A DNA stretch of 64,000 nt from a virus (IMGVR_UViG_3300032219_001867:28342-92341); one strand, 5' to 3'. Positions 54,977-63,212 are shown, counted from the first letter of the stretch. The notes: generated by a model not told the origin, from the sequence alone. Made by a program: numbers and translations.

Positions 54977-55174
54977 TTAGTCGTCGTCTTCTTCGCTAAA
55001 TTCCGAGACTACCCAGCCTGGGATGTCCATAATGCTCATGAGGACCGCTTCTGCCGCCTCTTGACTAAGACCGGCTTCTTCCAAGTGCGCCATTGCACCC
55101 TTCATCATCGCGGCATAGTCTGCAATCTCTTCGAGTGCTTCCATGAGCCGTGCGCGAGTCTCTTCACTGGACAT
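54977..55174 (-). CDS. acidic hypothetical protein
   Basis: likely start MSSEE. Confidence 0.5.
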   Translation of the reverse strand: MSSEETRARLMEALEEIADYAAMMKGAMAHLEEAGLSQEAAEAVLMSIMDIPGWVVSEFSEEDDD

Positions 55175-55860
55175 CAGTAATCTCCGTAAGGGTACTTCTC
55201 TCCCCAACCTTTTTCATAAAGGTTTTTTTCGTGCTGGTGAATAGCTTGCGATTCAGAGTCGTCCTTGTGCGTCATGCCACTTTGCGTCATACGATTTAGG
55301 TGGTGCATGTGACTCATGCCTTCTTCAAGGTGGTGCATAGGGTCATCTACTGATGAACCATGAGAAACCCCGTGTGCAAACTGTGTTAAGTGAACATGGG
55401 CTAAGTCAGAGACTTCCCGAACCGCATCGTGCCGGTGCTCAGGCTCTGTAGCCAAAGCACGGGCTCTTAAAGTATTGAGGTGAGAAAGCGCGGCAACAAG
55501 AGGGCGATATACGGGGTGTACCTTTAGTTCATTCTCGCCCTCAGCCTGTTTACGAGAGACCTTTTCAATACGTGCTTGACGTTCCTGCTGCCACTCCAGC
55601 TCTCGAACGTTCTGCGGAGCATGTACCTCTTCTTGAGTCATACCCATTGCCTCAGCAAGCTCAGGGCGAATACGCGCCATCTGAACCATATCGGGGCTAG
55701 GACCGCTGTTCTCGTGCGGGTGCATCATCTCAATGTGCGCCTTACGACGGTCAGCCCTAGTAAAGGTAGCCTGACAGCCTGGGCTAACGCAACCAAAGCC
55801 ATTCATGAATCCGGGCTTAGCTTTTTCGCCGCCCCATTCATCCATCTCAAAGTTTTCCAT
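55174..55860 (-). CDS. C2H2 Zn-finger, His-rich protein
   Basis: CVSPGCQATF...H...H. Confidence 0.55.
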   Translation of the reverse strand: MENFEMDEWGGEKAKPGFMNGFGCVSPGCQATFTRADRRKAHIEMMHPHENSGPSPDMVQMARIRPELAEAMGMTQEEVHAPQNVRELEWQQERQARIEKVSRKQAEGENELKVHPVYRPLVAALSHLNTLRARALATEPEHRHDAVREVSDLAHVHLTQFAHGVSHGSSVDDPMHHLEEGMSHMHHLNRMTQSGMTHKDDSESQAIHQHEKNLYEKGWGEKYPYGDY

Positions 55861-55880
55861 AAGTCAAGTATTCCTTAGTT

Positions 55881-56330
55881 TCAATTCTCATACCGGTCAA
55901 TAACATCGCCCTTGGGATTGCCCCCCGTAATCCGCGTGGTTTTAGGAATAAGGCGAGAAGCCATCCTATGTGCCATAGGAGACATGCTTCCCCCCTCATA
56001 AGGCGGTGCCCAGCCACGTTGCTCGGCAGCGTTAGTCGCTTCAACCAAAAGCGCGGGAAGAGCAGCCCGGTGCTTCTTTTCTACGTACAAGTGCCCAACA
56101 TGTCCGTCATCGTTGTGTTCGATGCTCCCGGCCCATTCCCCTTCAGGAGAGTGCATCACAATATGGCTTGTGCTATAGAACTTTCCCTCAGGGTTATGGT
56201 GGTGCCCAAAAGAAAAAGTGTAGCCTTGACCGTGTTGTCCAGCCAAGAACTCTACCTTGCGCCTAGCCTTTAGATACTCTTCTTTATCAGGCAGCTCATC
56301 GAGCGTAAACGGCTCGTCTTCCATACTCAT
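55881..56330 (-). CDS. degenerate GNAT-like protein
   Basis: GSIEH..GHVGHLYVEKKHR; similar segment in 56764..57837. Confidence 0.5.
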   Translation of the reverse strand: MSMEDEPFTLDELPDKEEYLKARRKVEFLAGQHGQGYTFSFGHHHNPEGKFYSTSHIVMHSPEGEWAGSIEHNDDGHVGHLYVEKKHRAALPALLVEATNAAEQRGWAPPYEGGSMSPMAHRMASRLIPKTTRITGGNPKGDVIDRYEN

Positions 56331-56761
56331 TAGTAAACCGTACTAATAGGGAGAAACTCGTCAGGGCGGTCACGGCGCATAACGGCTACGCGGTGGTGTC
56401 CGTTATAGAGCGTGGAGGCTTCGCCGTGCGCACGTACCTGGACAGGCTTAGACCAATCGTAACCGCCCTCTTTAATACGTTGGGTTAGTCCGCCAAACTG
56501 ACCTGACTGTCTTTCGTCTGCGGGTCCTTCGTCAACGCCGTCAACATCGTGGTAGTTCATTCCGGGGAAAGCGTCTGCGTTTTCGAGCTTCTCGTGAATC
56601 AGCTCTCGCTTGGTGCTTTGCTCATCCATGTCACCAAGATGATGCGTCTTAATAATCTCTTTGGCAGTAGCAAACATCGCTGGGGGATGGTCGCCAGTAG
56701 AGACTAGGTCGTGGTAGTCGTAAGACCCAAACTGTGGGCTAAGGTTATCTGCACCGCTCAT
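56330..56761 (-). CDS. ParB/Srx-like domain protein
   Basis: NGHHRVAVMRRDRPDEFLP. Confidence 0.7.
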   Translation of the reverse strand: MSGADNLSPQFGSYDYHDLVSTGDHPPAMFATAKEIIKTHHLGDMDEQSTKRELIHEKLENADAFPGMNYHDVDGVDEGPADERQSGQFGGLTQRIKEGGYDWSKPVQVRAHGEASTLYNGHHRVAVMRRDRPDEFLPISTVY

Positions 56762-56763
56762 GA

Positions 56764-57837
56764 CTAATGTCCGTATAGTTCGTCGTAAAAGTCGTTACCG
56801 ACTATTTTACCTATGTGGCCTCCAGAAGCAGCTAACGCTTCTGCTACTTGTCTGGGATGTGTCTCAGGAAACGCTCTGTACAACAAATGCGCATTGCTTT
56901 TTCCTACATCCTCCGCATGTCCTTGAGCTGACAATAGTCGCCCCTGCTTTGTAAGGCTTTCTAATTGGCGCATTAGTTTTTCGTGTTCGGTTACCCTAAC
57001 CCTAGCCAGGGGATTGTTAGTTGAAGCATTTAACAAGTGAGGTTTTGCAATGTTCCATTGTGCCCTGGCTTCTTGTACGGCGTTTTGGTGAGCGTAAGTA
57101 GCGTGCTCGTAAACGTGCTCGTCTTCACCCTCTACCCGTGCATCCTCAGGAATGAATGAGTGAGCGTATTTTCTCATCAGTTTGTAACTGTACGCACTCA
57201 AAGAATCTGCCTGTGTAGGACCGGTATGCCCATTGTCATGAGAAACTTTATGAGCTACATCCAGTAGGTGTGCTAACATGGGGCGGTGCTTTTCCTCGGG
57301 AATAGTCAGGTTGTGGACGTAGCCGGTGCCCCCATTCCAAGAAACGCGCCCAATCCGTTGGGTTGAGTCGTGTAGACTAACAGTGTAATTTTGTGAGTCT
57401 TCTTTAGTAACGTGTAACCTGTAGCCTTCAGGAAGTGGACGTTGAGAAGCGATTTTGTTAATTCTGTCTAGTCCTGCTTGTTCTTCTTCAGCCATGCCTT
57501 TGTTGTAGAGCCAACGGTCACTTCTCATTAGTTTTAGGGGTTCATAAGCAGGGTGGTTATCCCAACGAGGGTAGGTGTCAGACAACAGCCCGCGCAGATG
57601 ATTGAGGTGTGGAGTTCTAGGGTCGTTTTCCATGCGAGAGTAGATTTCCCCAATGCTCCTGTTAGAATTTTGGATATCATCCCAATGCTCATTGTAAATC
57701 TTGTCTGATTCTTGAGTGATATGAGTGCGCCACTCTAAAGCGACGTTCTTCTCAGGTTCAGCGGGGGGCTTAGGATTGCGCTCAGGGCCTTCTCGCTTAT
57801 AGCTGCCCCAGTTAATTCCAGGTAGTTCGTTACTCAT
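56764..57837 (-). CDS. protein with degenerate GNAT-like central domain
   Basis: IGRVSW..GYVHNLTIPEEKHR. Confidence 0.5.
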   Translation of the reverse strand: MSNELPGINWGSYKREGPERNPKPPAEPEKNVALEWRTHITQESDKIYNEHWDDIQNSNRSIGEIYSRMENDPRTPHLNHLRGLLSDTYPRWDNHPAYEPLKLMRSDRWLYNKGMAEEEQAGLDRINKIASQRPLPEGYRLHVTKEDSQNYTVSLHDSTQRIGRVSWNGGTGYVHNLTIPEEKHRPMLAHLLDVAHKVSHDNGHTGPTQADSLSAYSYKLMRKYAHSFIPEDARVEGEDEHVYEHATYAHQNAVQEARAQWNIAKPHLLNASTNNPLARVRVTEHEKLMRQLESLTKQGRLLSAQGHAEDVGKSNAHLLYRAFPETHPRQVAEALAASGGHIGKIVGNDFYDELYGH

Positions 57838-57854
57838 AAGTCAAGTGTGACAGA

Positions 57855-58259
57855 TTATTTAGGGGGTGGCGGGATAACCAACCCGGAAGAATCGCGCGTA
57901 GACTCCCGCGTGTACTTCAAAGTATTGCCCAAAGGGTCTTTTTCCGTAGGAGTGGCTTTTCCTGTAACACGGAAGCCTTTTTTACTGCGGGAAATCATCA
58001 TGCCCCCAAGGCCCTCCTCTGTCTTATACGTGTCGTCATCCTCTAAGGGCTCGACGTTAAACAAGCGAGGTGGCAAGTCATGCTTCATTGCTTTAGCAGC
58101 CGCAAACACAGACGCTGCTCTAGGGTCTTCGGCAGCAAACGCCAAAGGCACTCTAAAACCACCTGGACGTTGTCGTGGCTCAATGATGTCACCTATCTCA
58201 AAGGGATGGGTGGTCCCATGATAAAGAGCACTCTTACGAAACTCTTCACTTCTACTCAT
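57855..58259 (-). CDS. ADP-ribosyltransferase-like (Arr-type fold) protein
   Basis: LYHGT..F.IGD.I.P...AFA...VEP...S..GFRV.G pattern. Confidence 0.65.
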   Translation of the reverse strand: MSRSEEFRKSALYHGTTHPFEIGDIIEPRQRPGGFRVPLAFAAEDPRAASVFAAAKAMKHDLPPRLFNVEPLEDDDTYKTEEGLGGMMISRSKKGFRVTGKATPTEKDPLGNTLKYTRESTRDSSGLVIPPPPK

Positions 58260-58349
58260 ATATCAAGTGTGCCAGAAGGCTCTGCCTCAGTCCGGCGAAG
58301 TGATATTTTTGCCCCTTACGCGCCCCGGTCTTTTTTACTAAAAATTAAC

Positions 58350-58532
58350 CTAAGAACGCCCACGCTTGTACTGCTTGTTAGCTTTCCTAACTACCTTCTT
58401 GCTAACAGGCGTGGAAGAGGCATAGCCCCGGTTCTCAAGGTTCTTCTGAGCTGCCTTATCCATTACCGACTTGACCATCTTAATCCGCTGGTCTCTAGTC
58501 CGGTCTTCTCTACGGTCATTGAATTCAATCAT
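58350..58532 (-). CDS. small basic protein
   Basis: 60-aa ORF. Confidence 0.45.
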   Translation of the reverse strand: MIEFNDRREDRTRDQRIKMVKSVMDKAAQKNLENRGYASSTPVSKKVVRKANKQYKRGRS

Positions 58533-58536
58533 TTGA

Positions 58537-58890
58537 TTAGTCTCTTCCTAGTGTTTCGTTAAACTGACGACTAAGCTTGAAGCCCTCTTCCATGGTGCCC
58601 AGACGACCTTCTCGCTGAATACGCTCTGCGTCGTCATCGTGGGTACGCGGAGTGGCTGGTTCTGCTACGTGGTTGATGTCTGTATTATTAGCTCGGTGGT
58701 ACTCGTAGAGAGCCTCTCCCTCAAGCGTGTTGGGAATGTAGTGTTCCCAGTTGTGAGGCTCTACATTACGTCCGTAGATAGGCTGATTCAGCTTATTGTA
58801 GTAAACATTGACCGAACTAGTCTTTATCGGAATACCACAAGTCTTACAAACACCGTGTGACAGAGTGGGGTCATCTAGAGGAGAAGTCAT
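58537..58890 (-). CDS. Zn-binding hypothetical protein
   Basis: CKTC...WEH...H; TGC-CACAAT-N6-ATG. Confidence 0.55.
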   Translation of the reverse strand: MTSPLDDPTLSHGVCKTCGIPIKTSSVNVYYNKLNQPIYGRNVEPHNWEHYIPNTLEGEALYEYHRANNTDINHVAEPATPRTHDDDAERIQREGRLGTMEEGFKLSRQFNETLGRD

Positions 58891-59133
58891 ATAACCATTG
58901 TGGCAGACCTACCGGGGCGTTCTATGGATAAAAAAGTGTTTCTGCCTTGGGGCCGAGTGACACTTTTCCGCTATTTTCCGCCATTTTACTCCATGTGACT
59001 GGCTGGCTCTCTTGGGCTACTGCCTCAGATATCAGGTGACAGTCGGGTGTTTGCCCTGGCGGCTTACTCAGCAAAATCGCGCTAAAGGGTGCCCCCTCCC
59101 AGCATACACGGGTGACTGGCAGACTGTCAATAC

Positions 59134-59963
59134 CTCACAGCACATTCACAGGTTCAGTATTCACAGGTAATATTCAGGCTACTGTCAGGTGATTTGCAGG
59201 TTCGTGTGCTTACACCACCAGACTTACTGGACATTTTGTTTACTGTTATCAGGTGTTTTTCAGGTTACGTCCAGACTTCTCATAGGTGTGTCATAGATAT
59301 GTGGCTGGCTATCGTCTGGGAATATCCCGTAATCATTGGTCAAAACGGGCGTCGTTGCTCTCTAAGACGTCAGAATCTACCTACCCATACTTTTGTTTGG
59401 ATTTTGCCATTATGCCCAAAAACGCCTTGTACGCCATTCTGAGACGTTTTCATTGAGTGAAAAGAATCAGGGGATATGGCTAGTCTGTGAGTATCCTGAT
59501 AGGTGTCTGTATGTATCTTGTATGTTCTCTGTATGCTTCCTGATAGATTCCTGTGTGTTTACTGAGGGGGGAAACCCCCCTAGACCCCCCTCACAGGCAA
59601 TTCATAGGAAACTCATAGGTGTCTACTAAGTATATAGACTTAGGGTTTAGAACAATAGTTTAGGCGTTCTCAGGAAACTCATAGGTAACTCATAGTTATA
59701 TACTCAGTATTCTATTTGACTTTTAGTTTAGTGGCTCTCAGGAATCATCCAGACAACGCTCAGTCTACACTCAACAAACTCACAGGTAAAAACTCTCAGG
59801 TTGCTCTCAGGTTGGTGTGCTAATCTGGAGAGGGGAATTATGAATTATGAATTTTTCAACACAAACTAGACCATTAGTCTAGAACGCCGGTCTAGCAACC
59901 CTCACTCTTTATTCTGCCAGTCTTTGCCAGTCTGTTGACTCTGCCACTCACAGGTGTTTCTCA
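59134..59963. repeat. arrays of 11-bp-phased degenerate TCNCAGG repeats
   Basis: cores at 59164/75/86/97, 59250/61/72/83/94, inverted 59485-59562 (8 units), 59594/605/616/627, 59739/50/61/72/83, 59797/808. Confidence 0.8.
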
Positions 59964-60026
59964 GGTTAGTTTTGTATACTCGTCTTAGTGGACATAACAA
60001 GGTGTCCACAGAGAAGGGAAAATATC

Positions 60027-61016
60027 ATGGCACACGAATTAGAAGAAGTAAACGGAGAGGCTAGTTTTGTCTCCTACCGTGAAGTTGCATGGCATGGACT
60101 GGGAACAGTCATTGAACACGAAGCCTCTACCCGCGAAATGCTGGAATTGGCAAACTTACACGACTGGGATATTCAGGTAAACGACGTTCCTCTTGCTGAG
60201 GACGAGACGAGTGCAAAGACTTTCTACAAAGTCACCCGTCGCGACCCCTCAGACCACAGCAAGCGAAATGTTCTTGGTGTCGTGGGCGAACGTTACAGCG
60301 TTCTTCAGAATGAAGAATTGTTCGACTTTGGGGATATGTTGCTTGATGGCGGACGCTGGGAAACTGCTGGTTCTATCAAGAACGGAACACAGGTTTTCGG
60401 TTCTCTTGCTCTAGAGCGTGAGACGGTTCTTGACCCTACCGGCGTATCTGACAGGGTGAACAACTACCTGCTGGTTTCGACTGGACACGACGGTAGCCTT
60501 GCTGTTCAGGTATCGGTGACGCCCGTTCGTGTGGTGTGCGCCAATACTCTCGGTTTCGCTCTCAGGAACGTAAAGCAGTCATTCCGCCTACGTCACACTC
60601 AGTCATTGACTGGGCGCGTGGCACAGGCGCGTGAGGCTCTTGAATTGGCTAGTCAATACATTGACGAGTTTGACAAGGCTATGAGTCTCCTCATTCAGGC
60701 AGAGATGACGCGCGACCAATTTGACAGTCTGATTACTCTTGCTTACCCAAAGCCAGAGGCAGACGTTCGTGGCTCAATGGCAAAGTGGGAAACCAAGCGT
60801 GACGCGCTTTTCGACCTGCTGGACAGCCCGACCAACCGCGACATTTCGGACACCTACTGGGGAGGCTTGAACGCCATGAACGAACGCCTCATGTGGGGAC
60901 GACCGACGCGCGCTGGCAAGGTGGAAAGTATGCTCGCTAGTGCTAGTGGATTCGACGTGGCGACCAATACGGAGAACAACCGCTTGCTCTCGCTGGTTAT
61001 GAGTCAGGTAGCCTAA
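60027..61016 (+). CDS. DUF932 (TIGR03299-like) protein
   Basis: AWHGLG, LGVVGERYSVLQN, ETAGS, HDGS, TPVRVVCANTL, RHT. Confidence 0.85.
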   Translation: MAHELEEVNGEASFVSYREVAWHGLGTVIEHEASTREMLELANLHDWDIQVNDVPLAEDETSAKTFYKVTRRDPSDHSKRNVLGVVGERYSVLQNEELFDFGDMLLDGGRWETAGSIKNGTQVFGSLALERETVLDPTGVSDRVNNYLLVSTGHDGSLAVQVSVTPVRVVCANTLGFALRNVKQSFRLRHTQSLTGRVAQAREALELASQYIDEFDKAMSLLIQAEMTRDQFDSLITLAYPKPEADVRGSMAKWETKRDALFDLLDSPTNRDISDTYWGGLNAMNERLMWGRPTRAGKVESMLASASGFDVATNTENNRLLSLVMSQVA

Positions 61017-61020
61017 ACAG

Positions 61021-61050
61021 ACTGGGGGGATGGGAAACCATCCCCCCAGT
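61021..61050 (+). terminator. GC-rich hairpin after DUF932
   Basis: actggggggatgg-gaaa-ccatccccccagt. Confidence 0.65.
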
Positions 61051-61092
61051 TATCCACAGGCTGTGCATAAGTTATCCACAGCCTGTGGATAA
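61050..61092. promoter_or_regulatory. cluster of four DnaA boxes
   Basis: TTATCCACA 61050, TGTGCATAA 61062, TTATCCACA 61072, TGTGGATAA 61084. Confidence 0.8.
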
Positions 61093-61381
61093 CTTTCTTA
61101 ACTGCTCTATATAGAATTCACTACGTTCATTCATTTCTTTTCAACACAAACTTTTTATCTAGTCTCGCGGTCTAGACAATTCTCCTAGCCCGACCAGACT
61201 GGCAGTCTAATCTCCACAGACTAATCAAACCAACAATCTTTGCTCACAGCGTTTTCACAGGCTTATGGTGTAAGCGCGTTCACAGCCAATTCCCAGGTTC
61301 ACTCACAGGTTCTTCACAGGTTTGGCGTCTAGGCTTGAGTCACAGGCAAGAAGTCTGTCTAGATGAAGAAGGGGAAAGATT

Positions 61382-61576
61382 ATGAGTTTCAAGAGATTAC
61401 CTCAAGAGTTTTTGGGTAAGAACGGAAACTATTACACTCACCTGTGTCGTGAGTGTGATACCAAAACAGGTTACACATATTTCTATGACTCGGTAGATGC
61501 TGAGGTTATCGAATGTGATAACTGTCTAGAGACTGTTTACTCTAGCAACGGTAAAAGAATCCCAGAGCAGGTATAG
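61382..61576 (+). CDS. small Zn-ribbon protein
   Basis: CREC...CDNC. Confidence 0.6.
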   Translation: MSFKRLPQEFLGKNGNYYTHLCRECDTKTGYTYFYDSVDAEVIECDNCLETVYSSNGKRIPEQV

Positions 61577-61586
61577 GAGAAAGAGC

Positions 61587-61763
61587 ATGACAAAGATAGA
61601 CAAATCCACGAAACTCATTCAGGTGCAGGTGTATAACGACAACCATTACCACACCTACCGTTACTACGAAGGCAACCTGTCTGTTCGACCATGTTCAAAT
61701 AAAGAGTGTTACGTCTTTGCGCCAGAATACGCTGAAATTACCATTGACAAAAGAGGAGCATGA
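61587..61763 (+). CDS. 58-aa hypothetical protein
   Basis: SD AGGAG; H..H...C....C. Confidence 0.5.
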   Translation: MTKIDKSTKLIQVQVYNDNHYHTYRYYEGNLSVRPCSNKECYVFAPEYAEITIDKRGA

Positions 61764-61858
61764 CAATGAACAAAGATAAAGAGTGTAACTGCAACGCTAT
61801 GTTTCTTGATTTTACTAACCTTGAGTTTACCTGTAACTGCACGAAGGGGAAAAACTAA
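61760..61858 (+). CDS. 32-aa Cys-rich protein
   Basis: CNC...CNC; ATGA and TAATG overlaps. Confidence 0.5.
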   Translation: MTMNKDKECNCNAMFLDFTNLEFTCNCTKGKN

Positions 61859-62064
61859 TGACTAATCAACTTACTGCAAACTTTATGCAAAATTGGGTGC
61901 AAGACCTACGTCTCTCACGCGCCTACGAAACCGGAAAGAGAGAGGAGCGTAACCGTATCCTCACATTCATCGAGGCACACACTACTCAATGCGCGCTTTC
62001 ATATTGCGAAAAGTGTGTTGACCTTACCAGTCTTATCTACTTTATTACTGAGAGTGAGGACTAA
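61858..62064 (+). CDS. small Cys-containing protein
   Basis: H...C....C..C. Confidence 0.55.
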   Translation: MTNQLTANFMQNWVQDLRLSRAYETGKREERNRILTFIEAHTTQCALSYCEKCVDLTSLIYFITESED

Positions 62065-62069
62065 CAATC

Positions 62070-62252
62070 ATGAGGACAAGAAAGAGTCTTGAACCTATGG
62101 TTCTTTATTACCATTCAGGTAATCAGACTTGGTTTTATACACCAGACTGCATTGGCTGTTATTGGGTAGACGGAGAAACCCTTACCCTTATTGACGCGCT
62201 AGGCTCGGTAGACCGTGTAAGCCTTGAAGTAATCGAAGAATTAGAGGATTAG
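62070..62252 (+). CDS. small hypothetical protein
   Basis: GAGGACTAACAATCATG start. Confidence 0.55.
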   Translation: MRTRKSLEPMVLYYHSGNQTWFYTPDCIGCYWVDGETLTLIDALGSVDRVSLEVIEELED

Positions 62253-62263
62253 GAGACTAAATT

Positions 62264-62533
62264 ATGACTCACCATTTTATGACTGTAACAAGATTCCCAG
62301 AGGGTAACGTGGAGTCTCACGTCTCATGCCTCACTTGTGGAGGTATGTGGCAGGTTGCCGGTGACGGTAGAGGCTCAGGCGCGTTCGCACAGGGTCTGAC
62401 CGGCGACCTAGCCGTAGACTGTCGTGGAGTATCTACTAATCCTAATGGAGGCTGTCACCACTATGCCGGTGAGTGTGCCAGTAGTATCTGTGACATTGAC
62501 TCAGAGTGTAACTGTCTAATCTGTTACTCATGA
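62264..62533 (+). CDS. Cys-rich protein
   Basis: CLTC...CNCLIC. Confidence 0.55.
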   Translation: MTHHFMTVTRFPEGNVESHVSCLTCGGMWQVAGDGRGSGAFAQGLTGDLAVDCRGVSTNPNGGCHHYAGECASSICDIDSECNCLICYS

Positions 62534-62564
62534 GAAAGGGGGGAGAAATCCCCCCTCACCCCCC

Positions 62565-62595
62565 TGTGGATAACTTGTCCACAGGCTGTGCATAA
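62565..62595. promoter_or_regulatory. cluster of three DnaA boxes
   Basis: TGTGGATAA 62565, TTGTCCACA 62575, TGTGCATAA 62587. Confidence 0.8.
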
Positions 62596-62894
62596 CTTTT
62601 CTAAAACCTTATATTTTATGGTATTCACTTCGTTCATACTATTCTTTTCAACACAAACTTTTTATCTAGACCAGCAGTTTACAATCTGATTAGACCAGCA
62701 GTCTAGGCTCACAGGTAACTCTCAGGCTCATGGTATATGCGCCCAATGTGTTAGCCTGACCAAACTCATGTTGCCTAGCCTTAGCAACCATAGCCTTACC
62801 GACTCACAGCACTTTCTCAGGTTGCCATGAGAGGATGTTCTTAGGAATAGAGCCAGACCAAAGAGAGTCTGGACTAAGAGAAAGAGGAAAGAGT

Positions 62895-63212
62895 ATGAAA
62901 GAGTATTCGCCCGATTCGATAGCCTACAGAGAGACTCTTTATGCTCTCAATGACGCTATTGGGAAACTCAATTCAAGTCACAGTATCTACTCAGTCTTTA
63001 TGAGCGACACTATGTATCCTGACGGTAGCGAAAAGACCACAAAGGACGTTCTTGCTATGGCGGATGCCTATAACGCTATGGTTCGTGAGGTTATCACTCT
63101 CACTATGGCACTTGATATTTTCATCGCTATCGGCGCAGACAAGACCTATCGTGAAGAAACTAAAGCACGATACGAAGAAGTCATGGCTAATTCAGAGGGA
63201 GCGTTTCAATAA
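62895..63212 (+). CDS. hypothetical protein
   Basis: SD GAGGA before ATG 62895. Confidence 0.55.
   Translation: MKEYSPDSIAYRETLYALNDAIGKLNSSHSIYSVFMSDTMYPDGSEKTTKDVLAMADAYNAMVREVITLTMALDIFIAIGADKTYREETKARYEEVMANSEGAFQ

Noticed and set aside
57855-58259. Rifampin-resistance gene arr
   Set aside because: Only the fold-level HGT/EP pattern matches; substrate cannot be inferred, so it is called a generic ART-like protein
59194-59629. ORFs 59194..59442 and 59393..59629 from the track
   Set aside because: They run through the repeat array, lack an SD and have atypical composition; probably non-coding
59134-59963. CRISPR array
   Set aside because: Units are short (11-bp period) and degenerate, with no unique 30-40 bp spacers and no cas genes
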